Assembly: GCA_041821665.1 (NCBI GenBank)
Contig: JBGUDT010000006.1
Location: 6,249-70,248, forward strand
Direction of reading: 5' to 3'
DNA length: 64,000 nucleotides
DNA from: Anaerolineales bacterium
GTDB taxonomy: Bacteria; Chloroflexota; Anaerolineae; Anaerolineales; E44-bin32
Of the stretch, positions 63,021 through 64,000 are shown piece by piece. Position numbers and translations under genes: made by a program. How positions within the stretch are numbered: position 1 is the first letter of the stretch; each line of letters begins with the position of its first letter. The notes under the pieces are model-generated. The model worked only from the letters and a program-made list of their open reading frames with translations. It searched no databases and was not told where the DNA came from.

Positions 63021-63950
63021 ATGGGACATATATCGAACATCATGACGAACGATACAGCGGTCTTGGCACAAACTATCACCCAGCATGGCAGTAAACAGAC
63101 ATACTTCACTGCCCGCATCATGGTGGACAAGGATCTGAAGAGCGATTTCTTCAGATCTTATGCTTACTTTCGTTGGGTGGACGACGTCATCGACATCCAC
63201 GCTCAAACGGACGAGGAGCGGATCAACTTCATCGAGCGACAGAGAAACATCCTTGATGGCCTTTTTAAGAATGAGCTTTTCGAAGAATTATCCATCGAAG
63301 AACAGATCATTGATGACCTCATCCGAAATCCTCGCACAGAAGGAAGTGGATTGGAGTCATTTATTCGAAACATGTTTGCAATTATTGAGTTCGATGCCCG
63401 GCGCAAGGGCCGGCTGATCAGTCGTGATGAATTAATATGGTACACAAGCAAATTGGGGAAATCCGTCACGGACGGGATTTTGTATTTTGTTGGGAATGGT
63501 CATCCCTATCCAAAAAACGAATACAAATATCTAGCGGCGACTGCCGCGCACATCACCCACCTGCTCCGTGATATGCTGAGAGATATTGCCGACGGATTTA
63601 TCAATATTCCCAGAGAATATCTTGAGGAGAACGGTATCGGCCCCGAGAATATCGATAGCTATCCATTTAAATCATGGGTACAGGAAAGAGTTGTCCAGGC
63701 CAGGGTTTACTTTCGAGACGGAAAGATTTATCTGGATGAATTGGATGTCTTGCGTAGCAAGATCGTTGGTCATTGGTATTGCGCTCGGTTCGAGGGCATC
63801 CTGGATGCGATTGAGCGAGATGGTTTCATTTTGCGCGATAGGTATCCAGAAACCCAAAGCTCTTTGGCCTGGTTTAGTTTTGCCTTGATCGCTTTTTCGG
63901 TCACCATGCGGCATCTTGCCCATCGATTGTCGAAGGCCATCAGGCGGTAG
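63021..63950 (+). CDS. Squalene/phytoene synthase family protein
   Basis: About 309 aa. First Asp-rich motif YFRWVDDVIDI and second motif LLRDMLRDIADG. A hydrophobic C-terminal helix is present. The start could be TTG63006. Confidence 0.8.
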   Translation: MGHISNIMTNDTAVLAQTITQHGSKQTYFTARIMVDKDLKSDFFRSYAYFRWVDDVIDIHAQTDEERINFIERQRNILDGLFKNELFEELSIEEQIIDDLIRNPRTEGSGLESFIRNMFAIIEFDARRKGRLISRDELIWYTSKLGKSVTDGILYFVGNGHPYPKNEYKYLAATAAHITHLLRDMLRDIADGFINIPREYLEENGIGPENIDSYPFKSWVQERVVQARVYFRDGKIYLDELDVLRSKIVGHWYCARFEGILDAIERDGFILRDRYPETQSSLAWFSFALIAFSVTMRHLAHRLSKAIRR

Positions 63951-64000
63951 ATGTGTTTGATGGTTTGATCGGTGTCTTGAATTACTTGTTTTTGCTGTGT

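Overview
The window is a gene-dense bacterial chromosomal segment with no rRNA, tRNA, CRISPR array, transposase or integrase that I could recognise. Gene content and the short intergenic repeat families are reminiscent of Chloroflexota, but the taxon cannot be proven from the sequence.

The left end (1-15.3 kb) is housekeeping and envelope genes:
- gyrB, an NfuA-like Fe-S protein and a sigma-70 family factor.
- An ECF sigma/anti-sigma pair followed by two paralogous 4-TM proteins and a Tat-signal DUF1800/DUF1501 pair.
- An M14 lipoprotein peptidase, a Ser/Thr kinase with a TolB-like propeller, and folD.

From about 15.9 kb to 62.9 kb the window is dominated by a very large purine/ureide catabolic gene set:
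- Two deaminase-type amidohydrolases and a GntR/UTRA regulator.
- Two carbamoyltransferases (one divergent PyrB-like, one YgeW-like) and a carbamate kinase.
- A BMP-type nucleoside ABC importer, two fold-type-II PLP enzymes and a hydantoinase/dihydropyrimidinase.
- A 25-kb co-directional super-operon. It holds three complete xanthine-dehydrogenase-family molybdenum hydroxylases, each with a different domain-fusion layout, plus SsnA, XdhC, a CBS-type family II pyrophosphatase, YqeB and a YqeC-MocA fusion. YqeB and YqeC are the markers of selenium-dependent molybdenum hydroxylases.

The most unusual feature is a full coenzyme F420 tail-assembly and recycling module translationally coupled inside this super-operon: npdG, cofE, a PPOX-class protein, a stand-alone nitroreductase-fold protein, cofD, cofC and an LLM oxidoreductase. 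A second unusual feature is an uncharacterised two-gene insert between the electron-transfer and Mo subunits of the third hydroxylase. It encodes a small membrane protein and a 567-aa protein with an AMP-nucleosidase/PNP-like C-terminal domain.

Several short repeat families populate the few long intergenic regions. They generate spurious ORFs and bracket a DUF937/ABC-2 exporter cassette that splits the purine cluster.
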